From assembly GCA_963734515.1 (NCBI GenBank), contig CAVTHP010000003.1, positions 183,532 to 247,531 of the forward strand: 64,000 nucleotides of DNA, given 5' to 3'. Under the pieces are notes generated by a model. It did no database searches. It had not been told where the DNA came from and was given only the letters and a program-made list of their open reading frames with translations. The translations under genes were made by a program, and so were the position numbers. Within the stretch, counting starts at the first letter, position 1; every line of letters starts with the position of its first letter. Shown here in pieces: positions 19,600-34,233 of the stretch. The DNA comes from an uncultured beta proteobacterium (lineage in GTDB: Bacteria; Pseudomonadota; Gammaproteobacteria; Burkholderiales; Casimicrobiaceae).

Positions 19600-20709
19600 A
19601 TGTCCTATCGACCCGAGCCCCCGTTTTCGCACGACCGCATCGCACGCACCGGCGTGCTGCTGGTCAACCTCGGTACCCCCGAGGCCGCGACCCCTGCAGC
19701 GGTGCGGCGCTACCTGGCCGAGTTCCTGAGCGATCCGCGCGTCGTCGAGATTCCGCGCATCGTCTGGTGGCCGCTGCTGCACGGCCTCATCCTGCGCACG
19801 CGGCCATCGAAATCGGCCGAGCGGTACGAGAAGATCTGGACCCGCGACGGGTCGCCGCTTGCCGTCCACACGGCCAAGCAGAAAGTCCTGCTGTCGGGCT
19901 GGCTCGGCCAGCGGCTGAAGGAGCGGGGGCTTCCCGCCGACACCTGCGTCGTCGACTGCGCGATGCGCTACGGTGAGCCGTCGGTCGGCAGCGTGATCGA
20001 TCGCCTGCGCGCGGCGGACTGCGCGAGGATCCTCGTCGTGCCCATGTACCCCCAATACGCGGCCAGCACGACGGCATCGGTCGTCGACGCGGTGGCCGCC
20101 CACGTCGGGCGGATCCGGCGCATTCCCGGACTGCGGTTCATCGACACCTTCCACGATGACCCCGGGTACATCGCGGCGCTGGCCCAGGCGGTCAACGACT
20201 ACTGGACGCGGCACGCGCGGCCCGAGCACCTGGTGCTCTCCTTTCATGGCGTTCCGCGCGCCACCCTCGACAAGGGCGATCCGTACCACTGCCATTGCCA
20301 GGCGACGGCCCGGCTGCTGGCGAGGGAGCTGGGCCTCGAGTCCAGGCAATGGTCGATCAGCTTCCAGTCGCGCTTCGGCCGTGCACGCTGGCTTACGCCG
20401 TACACGTCGGACACCCTTGCCGCGCTCGGCAGGGCGGGGACCCGTCGCATCGATGTTTTCTGCCCGGGCTTCGTCGCCGATTGCCTGGAGACCCTCGAGG
20501 AGATCGCCATCGAGGGCAAGGCCACGTTCACCGGGGCGGGAGGGGGCGAATTCCATGTGATTCCCTGCCTCAACGAGCACCCGCGCTGGATTTCGGCGCT
20601 GACGGACCTGGTGCTCGCCAACCTGGAAGGTTGGCTGGCACCCCCGCCCGACGCCGCCCAGCGGGAGACCATCCAGCTTCGGGCCAGGGCACTGGGGGCC
20701 AAGGTCTAG
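19600..20709 (+). CDS. hemH: Ferrochelatase
   Basis: [32 protein letters not shown]. Confidence 0.96.
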   Translation: MSYRPEPPFSHDRIARTGVLLVNLGTPEAATPAAVRRYLAEFLSDPRVVEIPRIVWWPLLHGLILRTRPSKSAERYEKIWTRDGSPLAVHTAKQKVLLSGWLGQRLKERGLPADTCVVDCAMRYGEPSVGSVIDRLRAADCARILVVPMYPQYAASTTASVVDAVAAHVGRIRRIPGLRFIDTFHDDPGYIAALAQAVNDYWTRHARPEHLVLSFHGVPRATLDKGDPYHCHCQATARLLARELGLESRQWSISFQSRFGRARWLTPYTSDTLAALGRAGTRRIDVFCPGFVADCLETLEEIAIEGKATFTGAGGGEFHVIPCLNEHPRWISALTDLVLANLEGWLAPPPDAAQRETIQLRARALGAKV

Positions 20710-20721
20710 CTGGGAAACGGC

Positions 20722-20784
20722 GACGAAAAACAGGGACGCACCACGTTTTCCGCCCGAAAACGTGGTGCGTCCCTGTTTTTCGTC
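20722..20784. repeat. Palindromic intergenic element, family B
   Basis: 29-bp perfect arms GACGAAAAACAGGGACGCACCACGTTTTC with 5-nt loop. Confidence 0.93.
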
Positions 20785-20785
20785 C

Positions 20786-20811
20786 CTTGAATTCATCGGT
20801 GCTGGCCCCAG
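20786..20811 (+). promoter_or_regulatory. Sigma32-like promoter of grpE
   Basis: CTTGAAT-N13-CCCCAG. Confidence 0.65.
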
Positions 20812-20849
20812 ATGCCGTCGGTCAGTCACGCCTCTCGCGACCCATTCCA

Positions 20850-21440
20850 ATGACCGCCTCCGACTCTTCCAGCCAGGACGCCCCGTCCGACCACCAGTCC
20901 GCCTCGACCGCAAGCGAGCAGGATGCCCAGGCCGCCGCCGACCGCGCTCCCGAGGATCCGCTCCGCAAGGCCCTGGCCGAGGCCGCCGAGATGAAGGACG
21001 CCTGGATGCGCGCACGGGCGGAAACCGAGAACCTGCGCCGCCAGGCGCAGGCCGACGTCGCCAAGGCGCACAAGTACGCGATCGAGAAATTCGCAGGCGA
21101 CCTGCTGGCGGTGAAGGACGCGCTCGAGCAGACCCTGGTCGCCGGGGCGTCGGTGTCGGCCGAGACGCTGCGCTCAGGCGCCGAGCTGACGCTGAAGAGC
21201 CTCGCGGCCGCCTTCTCGCGCGCCGGGATCTCGGAGATCGATCCGGCAGGGCAGAAGTTCGACCCCCACTCGCAGCAGGCGATGCAGGCGGTCGAGAGCG
21301 ACCAGGCGCCCAACACCGTCGTCACGGTGTTCCAGAAGGGTTACCTGATCAACGACCGCGTGCTGCGTCCGGCGCTGGTGACGGTTGCCAGGGCCCGCGA
21401 GGCCGGGTCCGGGTCCGGCACCGACGAACGGCCCGCGTGA
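20850..21440 (+). CDS. grpE: Nucleotide exchange factor GrpE
   Basis: RARAETENLRR, FDPH, QKGYLINDRVLRPALV. Confidence 0.96.
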   Translation: MTASDSSSQDAPSDHQSASTASEQDAQAAADRAPEDPLRKALAEAAEMKDAWMRARAETENLRRQAQADVAKAHKYAIEKFAGDLLAVKDALEQTLVAGASVSAETLRSGAELTLKSLAAAFSRAGISEIDPAGQKFDPHSQQAMQAVESDQAPNTVVTVFQKGYLINDRVLRPALVTVARAREAGSGSGTDERPA

Positions 21441-21454
21441 ATGCGCGCCCACCG

Positions 21455-21482
21455 GTTGATTCGAAGCCCCGAAGTCCCAATT
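21455..21482 (+). promoter_or_regulatory. Sigma32-like promoter of dnaK
   Basis: GTTGATT-N14-CCCAATT. Confidence 0.55.
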
Positions 21483-21525
21483 TTCATGGCTAGACAATTC
21501 CCTTAGCGGCACGGAGACTCTTCAA

Positions 21526-23478
<1,953 letters not shown>

Positions 23479-23724
23479 AGCACTTGCGATCCTGATCACC
23501 TCCTGCGATATTCCGTCACTATCCGGGGCAATGCGCAGGCGCAGGTCGGCGCGTGACGGAATATCTGGCCGAGTTCAACGCGGCGCCGTCGGCGCCGGTT
23601 GACTCGGCCGTTTTGCATCGGGACGTATTCGGTAGGCATTGGGCAATTGCGCCGGGCCTTGCTTCAGCAGCTAGTTTTGGTAGCGCCGGAATCGGCATGC
23701 GGCAGGGGAGCCGCCTGATCATCC

Positions 23725-24870
23725 ATGTCCAAACGCGATTTCTATACGGTCCTCGGCGTCAACCGCGACGCCTCCGAGGACGATATCAAGAAGGCCTATC
23801 GCAAGCTCGCGATGAAGCATCATCCGGATCGCAGTCCGGATGACAAGCACGCCGAGGAGAAATTCAAGGAAGCGAAGGAAGCCTACGAAGTCCTGTCGGA
23901 TTCGCGCAAGCGCGCCGCCTACGACCAGTTCGGGCACGCCGGCGTCGATCCTTCGATGGGCTTCGGCGCCGGTGCGGCGGGCGCCCGGGGCGGCGAGGGC
24001 TTCGGCGGTTTCGCCGATGCGTTCGGCGACATCTTCGGAGAGATCTTCGGCCAGCAGCGCGGCCGCGGGGGCGGCAGCGGCATGTACCGTGGCGCCGACC
24101 TGCGCTACAACCTCGAGCTGTCGCTGGAGGAAGCCGCGCGCGGCGCCGAGATCAAGATCCGCATTCCGACGATGGACGAATGCGGGACCTGCCACGGCAG
24201 CGGCGCCAAGCCCGGGACGCAGCCGAAGACCTGTCCGACCTGCCACGGTCGCGGCGAGGTGCGAGTCTCGCAGGGATTCTTCTCGATCCAGCAGACCTGC
24301 CCGCAGTGCCACGGTACCGGGAAGATCGTCGCCGACCCCTGCCCCGACTGCCACGGCGCCGGACGCATCAAGAAGCACAAGACCCTGTCGGTGAAGATTC
24401 CCGCCGGCGTCGACCAGGACGATCGCATCCGCCTGTCGGGCGAAGGCGAAGCGGGAATGAACGGCGGGCCGCCCGGCGATCTCTACGTGGTCATCGGACT
24501 CAAGCCCCACGCGGTTTTCCAGCGCGAGGGCGCCGACCTGCATTGCGAGATGCCGATCAGCTTCGCGACGGCGACGCTGGGTGGCGACATCGAGATCCCG
24601 ACGCTCGATGGCCACGCCAAGCTGAAGATTCCCGCGGAGACGCAGACCGGCCAGGTGTTCCGCCTGAAGAACAAGGGCATTCGTCCGGTGCGCGGTTCGG
24701 TGACCGGCGACCTCTATTGCCACGTGTCGCTGGAGACACCGGTCAAGCTGACGTCCCGGCAGAAAGAGCTGCTGCGCGAGTTCGAGTCGATCATCCAGCA
24801 GAATCCCGACGCGCACAGTCCGCGCGCCAAGAACTGGTTCGACCGCGTCCGCGAGTTCTTCGGCACCTGA
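23725..24870 (+). CDS. dnaJ: Chaperone DnaJ
   Basis: HPD J-domain; four CxxCxGxG repeats. Confidence 0.99.
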   Translation: MSKRDFYTVLGVNRDASEDDIKKAYRKLAMKHHPDRSPDDKHAEEKFKEAKEAYEVLSDSRKRAAYDQFGHAGVDPSMGFGAGAAGARGGEGFGGFADAFGDIFGEIFGQQRGRGGGSGMYRGADLRYNLELSLEEAARGAEIKIRIPTMDECGTCHGSGAKPGTQPKTCPTCHGRGEVRVSQGFFSIQQTCPQCHGTGKIVADPCPDCHGAGRIKKHKTLSVKIPAGVDQDDRIRLSGEGEAGMNGGPPGDLYVVIGLKPHAVFQREGADLHCEMPISFATATLGGDIEIPTLDGHAKLKIPAETQTGQVFRLKNKGIRPVRGSVTGDLYCHVSLETPVKLTSRQKELLREFESIIQQNPDAHSPRAKNWFDRVREFFGT

Positions 24871-24978
24871 AATAGGGTCGGAAAAAATGGGGTCAGAGCC
24901 GTAATATTGCGTTCGCGTCGTTAGGGCGCGAACGCAATATTACGGCTCTGACCCCATTTTTTCCGACCCTATTTCAGG
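24866..24978. repeat. Palindromic intergenic element, family A (largest copy)
   Basis: 52-bp perfect arms, 9-nt loop; contains TGGGGTCAGAGCCGTAATA. Confidence 0.95.
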
Positions 24979-25486
24979 GGAAGGCGGGGATGTGCGGGTC
25001 GATCCCGCGATCCTCGGCTTCGGGGTGCCGCAGTCTCAGGTTCTCGCGGACCTCGGCGACGCGGCGCTCGGGAATGTCCGCCATGACGAGGAGCTTTCCC
25101 TGCTCGATCGCGCGCGAGAACTGCGCCAGCCGCGAGTTGGGCACCGAGCTGCCGACCATGCTCGCGACCCAGCTTCCGAACAGGCCGCCGGCGAGTCCGG
25201 CGCCCAGCACGGTCACGATCTGCCAGCGATCGTCGGTCACCAGCAGGTTCACGAGCAATGCGCCGACGATCAGTCCGAGCACGGTGCCGAGCGCCAGCCC
25301 GACTTGCGCGCCATGGACGAGATCGGATTTCTGCAGGTGGTTCGCCTCGTGCAGGCCGTCCATCGGCGTTCCGCGTCTTGCCAGAAAGTGAATGTGTCGT
25401 TCCTCGACACGCGCGAGCAGCAGGTCGTCCATCATTCCGCGCGCGCTGGCGGGGTCGGGCAGGAGGAAATAGAGCCTGCGACGCAT
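24974..25486 (-). CDS. Membrane protein (DUF1269-like)
   Basis: MRRRLYFLLPD; two Gly-rich TM helices; IEQGKLLVMAD. Confidence 0.7.
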   Translation of the reverse strand: MRRRLYFLLPDPASARGMMDDLLLARVEERHIHFLARRGTPMDGLHEANHLQKSDLVHGAQVGLALGTVLGLIVGALLVNLLVTDDRWQIVTVLGAGLAGGLFGSWVASMVGSSVPNSRLAQFSRAIEQGKLLVMADIPERRVAEVRENLRLRHPEAEDRGIDPHIPAFP

Positions 25487-25612
25487 GGTGCCCTCCTACG
25501 TCGGGTCGCTGTCCCGACACTCTACGGCGGTGACGCGTCGGCCGCAAGCAGTCTGGGCGGTGCCCTGCTAGGATGCGTTCCTTCGCAGGATGCAGGCGTG
25601 AGGTGGCGCGTG

Positions 25613-26755
25613 ATGAAACGTATCTTCGCCCTGGCCCTGGCTGCGGCGCTGTCGGCATCGACGGCGTTCGCACAGATCAGGATCGGCCTGATGGTGTCGG
25701 CGACCGGGCCCACGTCCGCGATCGGCATCCCCCAGCGCAACACCGGGGACATCCTGCCCAGGACGATCGGCGGCGCGAGCGTCGAGTACATATCCCTCGA
25801 GGACGGGGGTGATACGACGCGGGCCGTCCAGAATGTCAAGAAGCTCATCGAGGAAGACCACATCGACGCGCTGATCGGTCCGTCGACGACGCCGAACGCC
25901 TTCGCCATCCTGCCCGTCATCGCCGAAGCCAAGGTTCCGATGCTGGCGACGGTCGGAACGTCGGCGGTCGTCGAGCCGCTCGACGCGAAGAAGCGCTGGG
26001 TGTTCAAGACCACGCAGAACGACGAGCTGATCGCCGCTGCGCTGCTGAAACACATGGTCGCGCACGGCGTGCACAAGGTCGGCTTCATCGGCTTCTCCGA
26101 CCCCTACGGCGACAACTGGCTCAAGGTGTTCGGCGCGCTGGGCGATAACGCGGGCGTCAGGGTCGTCGCTGCCGAGCGCTACGGGCGCACCGATTCGAGC
26201 GTCACCGGGCAGGCGTTGAAGCTGATCGCCGCGAAACCGGACGCGATCCTGATCGCCGCGGTCGGCGGTCCCGCGGTGCTGCCGCAGGCGACGCTGCGCG
26301 ACACCGGCTTCAAGGGCACGATCTACCAGACGCACGCGGTCGCAACCGACGATTTCATCAAGCTCGGCAGGGACAAGGTCGAGGGAACGGTGCTGGCTGC
26401 CGGTCCGATGCTGGTCATCGACGAGATTCCCGATTCGAATCCGACGAAGAAGGTCGCGCAGGGCTACATCGCCGCCTACCAGAAGCGATTCGGCTCGAAG
26501 CCCTCGACCTTCGGCGCCAACACCTGGGACGCGGGGCTGCTGCTCGAGCGCGCGATTCCGATCGCGCTGACGACGGCAAGGCCGGGCACGGAGGCGTTCC
26601 GCTCGGCGCTGCGCGACGCGCTCGAGTCGCAGAAGAACGTCGTCGGCTGCCAGGGTGTGTTCAACATGTCGCCGACCGACCACAACGGCATGGACGAGCG
26701 CGCGCGGGTGCTCGTCACGATCCGCGGTGGCAGGTTCCGGTTGCTGCGCGAGTGA
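25613..26755 (+). CDS. ABC transporter substrate-binding protein (LivJ/branched-chain type)
   Basis: Signal peptide; IGLMVSATGP, DALIGPS, DPYG. Confidence 0.88.
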   Translation: MKRIFALALAAALSASTAFAQIRIGLMVSATGPTSAIGIPQRNTGDILPRTIGGASVEYISLEDGGDTTRAVQNVKKLIEEDHIDALIGPSTTPNAFAILPVIAEAKVPMLATVGTSAVVEPLDAKKRWVFKTTQNDELIAAALLKHMVAHGVHKVGFIGFSDPYGDNWLKVFGALGDNAGVRVVAAERYGRTDSSVTGQALKLIAAKPDAILIAAVGGPAVLPQATLRDTGFKGTIYQTHAVATDDFIKLGRDKVEGTVLAAGPMLVIDEIPDSNPTKKVAQGYIAAYQKRFGSKPSTFGANTWDAGLLLERAIPIALTTARPGTEAFRSALRDALESQKNVVGCQGVFNMSPTDHNGMDERARVLVTIRGGRFRLLRE

Positions 26756-26795
26756 CGTCGCGCGCCGCCGCGCCGCGCAACGCCATGTCCCGATG

Positions 26796-27389
26796 ATGCG
26801 GATCGTCGGCATCCTGCTCGCTGCCGGGCGCGGATCGCGTTTCGGCGGCGACAAGCTGCTTGCGCCGTTGCCCGCGCCCGCCGCCGGTGTCCCCGCAGGC
26901 ACGCCGCTCGGCATCGCTTCCGCGACACATCTCGCGCAGGCACTCGCAGAGACGATCGTCGTGCTGCGCCCCGGTCACCACGACCTCGGCGCGGGCATGC
27001 GCAGCACCGGCCTGCGGACCATCGAGTGCCCGAATGCAGACGAAGGCATGGGAGCGACGCTCGCCTGTGGCGTGTCGGCAACGAGCGACGCCGACGGCTG
27101 GGTCGTGGCGCTTGCCGACATGCCCTGGATCCGGCCCGTCACCATCGCGTCGGTCGCGGCGGCGCTCGCGGCGGGTGCCGACATCGTCGCGCCGGCATAC
27201 CTGGGCAGGCGCGGGCATCCGGTGGGCTTCGCGCGGCGCCATCGCGATGCGCTGATCGGATCGAAAGGCGATGCGGGTGCGCGCGAGCTGGTCACGGCGA
27301 GCCGCGAGACGCTCACGCTGGTCGAGGTCGACGATCCGGGCGTGCTGCGCGACGTCGACGTGCCGGGCGATCTCGCCTCACTGCCATAG
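26796..27389 (+). CDS. MobA/MocA-like nucleotidyltransferase
   Basis: LLAAGRGSRFG, LADMP, GHPV, DVD. Confidence 0.88.
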   Translation: MRIVGILLAAGRGSRFGGDKLLAPLPAPAAGVPAGTPLGIASATHLAQALAETIVVLRPGHHDLGAGMRSTGLRTIECPNADEGMGATLACGVSATSDADGWVVALADMPWIRPVTIASVAAALAAGADIVAPAYLGRRGHPVGFARRHRDALIGSKGDAGARELVTASRETLTLVEVDDPGVLRDVDVPGDLASLP

Positions 27390-29675
27390 TCCCGGCTGGT
27401 GCGTCGACGTCGCGAGCGAGCGCTCGCGCTCGTGCCACCATGCGCGGAACTCGTCCTCGGGCAGCGGCGGAGCGTACAGGAAGCCTTGGGCTTCCTCGCA
27501 GCCGTGGCTCCTGAGGAATTCGGACTGCGCGGCGGTCTCCACCCCTTCGGCGATGCAGCGCAGTCCCAGCGAGTGCGCCATCGCGATGATCGCCTGGGTG
27601 ATCGCGTCGTCGTTCGAGTTCTGGCCGAGGCCGTGGACGAAGCGCTGGTCGATCTTGAGGCCGTGCAATGGCAGGCGCGCGAGGTACGACAGGCTCGAAT
27701 AGCCGGTGCCGAAATCGTCGATGGTGATCGAGACGCCCATCTGCTTGAGCTTGACCAGCGTTGCGACGGCCCGCTCGGGGTGCGTGATGATGATGCTCTC
27801 GGTGATCTCGAGATCGAGGTAATGCGCGGGCAGGCCGCTCGTCCGCAGCGCATCCTCGACCGTCGCAATCCAGTCCTCGTGCTGCAACTGCTGGACCGAG
27901 AGGTTGACCGACAGGCGCAGCAGCAGGTCCTGGCGATGCCACTGCATCACCTGGTGGCAGGCATCGCGCAGGACGCGCGCGCCCAGGGCCTGGATCATCC
28001 CCGATTCCTCGGCAATCGGAATGAAGTCCGAAGGTGAGATCACGCCGCGCTCGGGATCGCGCCAGCGCAGCAGCGCCTCGACGCCGCAGGCCCGCCCGCT
28101 GCGCATCTCGATCTGCGGCTGGTAGACGAGGAAGAACTCGTCGTCCATGAGTGCGCGGCGCATGTCGGTCTCGAGCTGCAGCCGCTGCTGGACCCGCGCG
28201 TTCATCTCGGCCTCGAAGAAGCGGTAGGCATTGCGCCCGCCGTCCTTCGCGGCGTACATCGCGGTGTCGGCCTGCTTGATCAGCGTGCCGCCATCATGGG
28301 CGTCCAGCGGGTAGATAGCGACGCCGATCGAACAGGTCAGGGTCGGGGTCTGGTCCGACAGCCGGAACGGGGCGAGCAGCGACTCGCGGATGCGCTGGAT
28401 CACCGCGAGCACCTCGAACGAACCCTGCGCCGGATCGAGACCGGGCACCACGACGACGAACTCGTCTCCCCCCAGCCGGGCGACCGTGTCGCTCTCGCGC
28501 GTCGCGCCTTCGAGGCGCTGGGCGATCGCCTTGAGCAGCTGGTCGCCGGCGTCGTGCCCGAGCGTGTCGTTGATGCGCTTGAAATGGTCGAAGTCGAGGA
28601 ACAGGCAGCCGACGTGCGTGCTGTCGCGTTGTGCATGCGCGATGATCCGCTTGAGGCGCTGGTTGAGCAGCGACCGGTTGGGCAGCCCGGTGAGGATGTC
28701 GTGCTGGGCGAGCTTGAACGCATGCGCGGTGGCGATTTCGAGCTCGCGCGTCCGCTGCGCGACCTGGTCCTCCAGCGTCCGCTGGTAGTTCGCGACCTGT
28801 TCCTGCGACTGCGCCAGGCGTCGCGTCATGTGATTGAACGCGTGGGTCAGCAGCCCCAATTCGTCGGACGAGCGCGCCGGGACGCGCACGTCGAGGCGGC
28901 CGGCGCCGACGGCGCGCGCCGCGTGCATCAGGCGCCGCATCGGCGCCACCAGGCGCCGCGTCAGCAGCAGTGTCATCGTGACCGCGATGATCACCAGCAC
29001 GGCGACGACGGCAAGCGCTCCCTGGAGCTGATCGACGAGCAGCCTGCGCTGGAGGTCGAAGGTCATGCCCAGGCGGACGTAACCGAGCGGCCCCGTCGTG
29101 GCGGTGATATCGGTCGCGGCACCTGCGGTCGCATTGTTGGCGTCCGGCAGCGGCGTGCCGTAGCCGGATGCCAGCGCGGCGACGGGGGTCACGAGCTCGA
29201 GGTAGTGGCCCTCGGGAACGACGCGATCGATGCGGCGGGTCGGTCCGGTCCTCTCGGGCAGTTCGTCGGAATCCAGCGGCGGGATGATGCCGTCGCGCAA
29301 TGCCGGCGCGAGATAGCGTTCCGCGACGACCTTGCGCTGCGCGTCGAGAACGTAGACGTAGGCGAAATTCGTTTCCTCGGGGAGGCTCTTGAGGAGCTGC
29401 TCGAGGCTCGCCTTGTCGTTCGTGCGCAGGCCGTAGGCGGACAGATCGGCGAGCATCAGGCCGAGCGTCTCGCCCTGCACGCGCAGCTGATTCTCCTCGT
29501 CGATCCATTGGCGGTGGAACACGAAGGCAGTGACGGCGATCGCAGTCGCCACGATCAGCCCGATCGTCAGCAGGTTGAACTTGGTGGAAAGCCGCGTCCG
29601 CACCGGCGGCAGGTCGACCTGCGCCCCGGTATCGCTGGCGAGCGGAGCGAGATGCTGGCGGTGGCGGCGCCGCAT
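27378..29675 (-). CDS. Membrane HAMP-GGDEF-EAL protein (c-di-GMP turnover)
   Basis: Two TM helices, HAMP, GGDEF, EAL, DDFGTGYSS. Confidence 0.93.
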   Translation of the reverse strand: MRRRHRQHLAPLASDTGAQVDLPPVRTRLSTKFNLLTIGLIVATAIAVTAFVFHRQWIDEENQLRVQGETLGLMLADLSAYGLRTNDKASLEQLLKSLPEETNFAYVYVLDAQRKVVAERYLAPALRDGIIPPLDSDELPERTGPTRRIDRVVPEGHYLELVTPVAALASGYGTPLPDANNATAGAATDITATTGPLGYVRLGMTFDLQRRLLVDQLQGALAVVAVLVIIAVTMTLLLTRRLVAPMRRLMHAARAVGAGRLDVRVPARSSDELGLLTHAFNHMTRRLAQSQEQVANYQRTLEDQVAQRTRELEIATAHAFKLAQHDILTGLPNRSLLNQRLKRIIAHAQRDSTHVGCLFLDFDHFKRINDTLGHDAGDQLLKAIAQRLEGATRESDTVARLGGDEFVVVVPGLDPAQGSFEVLAVIQRIRESLLAPFRLSDQTPTLTCSIGVAIYPLDAHDGGTLIKQADTAMYAAKDGGRNAYRFFEAEMNARVQQRLQLETDMRRALMDDEFFLVYQPQIEMRSGRACGVEALLRWRDPERGVISPSDFIPIAEESGMIQALGARVLRDACHQVMQWHRQDLLLRLSVNLSVQQLQHEDWIATVEDALRTSGLPAHYLDLEITESIIITHPERAVATLVKLKQMGVSITIDDFGTGYSSLSYLARLPLHGLKIDQRFVHGLGQNSNDDAITQAIIAMAHSLGLRCIAEGVETAAQSEFLRSHGCEEAQGFLYAPPLPEDEFRAWWHERERSLATSTHQPGLWQ

Positions 29676-29713
29676 GGGGATTCCTCAGCGCGCCGTCGCT
29701 CGCATCGCGCGGA

Positions 29714-31234
29714 TCAGGCGGTCGTGACCGGGATGCGTCCGATCCGCTGCCGCCATTCGCGCGGACCGGTCTGGTGCACCGATTCGCCGGCGGCATCGAC
29801 GGCGACGGTGACCGGCATGTCGGCGACGTCGAACTCGTAGATCGCTTCCATGCCGAGGTCGCCGAACGCGACGACGCGCGAGCTGCGGATCGCCTTCGAG
29901 ACCAGGTAGGCGGCGCCGCCGACGGCCATCAGGTAGGCGGCGCGGTGCCTGCGGATCGACTCGATCGCCGCGCTGCCGCGCTCGGCCTTGCCGATCATCG
30001 CGATCAGCCCGGTCTTCGACAGCATCATGTCGGTGAACTTGTCCATCCGCGTCGCCGTCGTGGGGCCCGCCGGGCCCACGACCTCGTCGTGCACCGGGTC
30101 GACCGGCCCGACGTAGTAGATGATGCGGTTGGTGAAATCGACGGGCAGCGTCTCGCCGCGTGCGAGCATCTCGGCGATCCGCTTGTGCGCGGCGTCGCGG
30201 CCGGTCAGTATCCGGCCCGAGAGCAGCAGGCGTTCGCCGGGTTTCCAGCTTGCAACCTCGGCCGGCGTCAGCGAGTTCACGTCGACGCGCCGCGACTGCG
30301 GCGACGGCGTCCAGCGCACGTCGGGCCAGCGTGCGAGATCGGGCGGGTCGAGCTTCGCCGTGCCGCTGCCGTCGAGCGCGAAATGCGCATGGCGCGTCGC
30401 TGCGCAGTTGGGGATCATCGCCACCGGCAGGCCCGCCGCGTGCGTAGGGTAGTCGAGGATCTTGACGTCGAGCACCGTCGCGAGCCCGCCCAGGCCCTGT
30501 GCACCGATGCCCAGCGCGTTGACCTTGTCGTGGATCTCGATGCGCAGTTCCTCGATCCGGTTCGACGGTCCGCGCGCCTTGAGCTCGTGCATGTCGATCG
30601 GCGCCATCAGCGCCTCCTTGGCGAGCACCATCGCCTTCTCGGCGCTGCCGCCGATGCCGATGCCCAGCATGCCCGGCGGGCACCAGCCGGCGCCCATCGT
30701 CGGCACCGTCTTCAGCACCCAGTCGACGATCGAATCCGACGGATTCAGCATGACCAGCTTCGACTTGTTCTCCGAGCCGCCGCCCTTGGCCGCGATCCTC
30801 ACGTCGATCGTCTTCCCCGGCACCAGGTCGAAATGGACGACCGCCGGGGTGTTGTCCTTGGTGTTGGTGCGCGTCCCCGCCGGGTCGCGGAGGATCGAAG
30901 CCCGCAGCGGATTCCCGGGGTCGAGATAGGCGCGGCGCACGCCCTCGTTGATCATGTCGGTGACGCTCATCGTCGCGTCGCCGAAGCGCACGTCCATGCC
31001 GACGCGCACGAACGCGACGACGATGCCCGTGTCCTGGCATATCGGCCGGTGTCCTTCGGCGCACATCCGCGAGTTGGTGAGGATCTGCGCGATGGCGTCC
31101 TTCGCCGCAGGCGACTGCTCGGCGTCGTAGGCGGCGCCCAGCGCCGTGATGTAGTCGGCCGGGTGGTAGTACGAAATGAACTGCAGCGCATCGGCGACAC
31201 TCTGGATCAGGTCCTGCTGCGCAATCGCGGTCAT
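29714..31234 (-). CDS. Class I (Fe-S) fumarate hydratase
   Basis: RPICQDTG, KGGGSEN, TGRDAAH, GPTTATRM. Confidence 0.94.
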   Translation of the reverse strand: MTAIAQQDLIQSVADALQFISYYHPADYITALGAAYDAEQSPAAKDAIAQILTNSRMCAEGHRPICQDTGIVVAFVRVGMDVRFGDATMSVTDMINEGVRRAYLDPGNPLRASILRDPAGTRTNTKDNTPAVVHFDLVPGKTIDVRIAAKGGGSENKSKLVMLNPSDSIVDWVLKTVPTMGAGWCPPGMLGIGIGGSAEKAMVLAKEALMAPIDMHELKARGPSNRIEELRIEIHDKVNALGIGAQGLGGLATVLDVKILDYPTHAAGLPVAMIPNCAATRHAHFALDGSGTAKLDPPDLARWPDVRWTPSPQSRRVDVNSLTPAEVASWKPGERLLLSGRILTGRDAAHKRIAEMLARGETLPVDFTNRIIYYVGPVDPVHDEVVGPAGPTTATRMDKFTDMMLSKTGLIAMIGKAERGSAAIESIRRHRAAYLMAVGGAAYLVSKAIRSSRVVAFGDLGMEAIYEFDVADMPVTVAVDAAGESVHQTGPREWRQRIGRIPVTTA

Positions 31235-31242
31235 GGCGTGCT

Positions 31243-31875
31243 TCAGCCGTGGCCGCTGGCGCTGTCGCGCAGGTGCGTGCGCTGGGGAAGGATGCGGTCG
31301 ACCGCCGCGATCGCCATCGCCGACAGGAGGAAGGCGACGTGGATCGTCGTCTGGTAGAACAGTGTCTTGGTGTCGTAGGCCTGCGCGTTGATGAACGTCC
31401 GCAGCAGGTGGATCGAGGAGATGCCGATGATCGCCGTGGCGAGCTTGACCTTCAGCACGCTCGCATTGACGTGCGACAGCCACTCGGGCTGATCCGGGTG
31501 GCTCTCCAGATCCATCCGCGACACGAAGGTCTCGTAGCCGCCGACGATCACCATGATCAGCAGGTTCGAGATCATGACGACGTCGATCAGGCCGAGGACC
31601 AGCAGCATGATCACGGTCTCGCGCCCCATCTTGAAGTCGGGGGTCGCGCCGGGCGGGGTGACGCTCGCGATGACCGCCTGGGCGGCCGCGCTGTCGCCGC
31701 CGATCGTTGCCTGGACCAGGTGGACCAGCTCGACCCAGAATTGCCAGACGTAGACGCCTTGCGCGACGATCAGGCCCAGGTAGAGCGGCAACTGCAGCCA
31801 GCGGCTGGCGAAGATCAGCTGCGGCAGGGGCCGCAGGCGGGGGTCGGCACGCGGTTTCGGCGTTGTCGTCGTCAT
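31243..31875 (-). CDS. TIGR00645/UPF0114 (YqhA) membrane protein
   Basis: [26 protein letters not shown]. Confidence 0.85.
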   Translation of the reverse strand: MTTTTPKPRADPRLRPLPQLIFASRWLQLPLYLGLIVAQGVYVWQFWVELVHLVQATIGGDSAAAQAVIASVTPPGATPDFKMGRETVIMLLVLGLIDVVMISNLLIMVIVGGYETFVSRMDLESHPDQPEWLSHVNASVLKVKLATAIIGISSIHLLRTFINAQAYDTKTLFYQTTIHVAFLLSAMAIAAVDRILPQRTHLRDSASGHG

Positions 31876-31951
31876 TTCATGTCCGCATCGGGGCCTGTCG
31901 GCACCTGAAAAGTCTACCATTCCCCCTCGCCCCGACCGTCTCCCCGTGCGG

Positions 31952-32050
31952 AACGAAATGGGGTCAGAGCTGTAATAATCGGCAGGTCGGCAGACCCTGA
32001 GCGTGCGCGCAGGGGCCGTTCGATTATTGCAGCTCTGACCCCATTTCGTT
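31952..32050. repeat. Palindromic intergenic element, family A
   Basis: 30-bp arms AACGAAATGGGGTCAGAGCTGTAATAATCG with one mismatch. Confidence 0.92.
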
Positions 32051-32146
32051 GGCGATCGCCGCCGGCTTCGGTAGACTGAGGGCCAGAAGATTCAGGCCGC
32101 CGGCGCAAGACTGGCGGCACATTCGATTCGCACCTGGAGGAATCCC

Positions 32147-34126
<1,980 letters not shown>

Positions 34127-34233
34127 GCCGGAATGGCACCGGCGCCGGCGCGAGCGTCGTGCCGGTGCTTGCGGTCAGCCCGGGCGATTGCGCCGGTGCG
34201 GGCACTCGCGTCGGCGCCCGGCCCGCGTTCGCG

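Noticed and set aside
18357-21525. CIRCE operator near hrcA/grpE/dnaK
   Set aside because: No TTAGCACTC-N9-GAGTGCTAA seen; sigma32-like promoters are present instead
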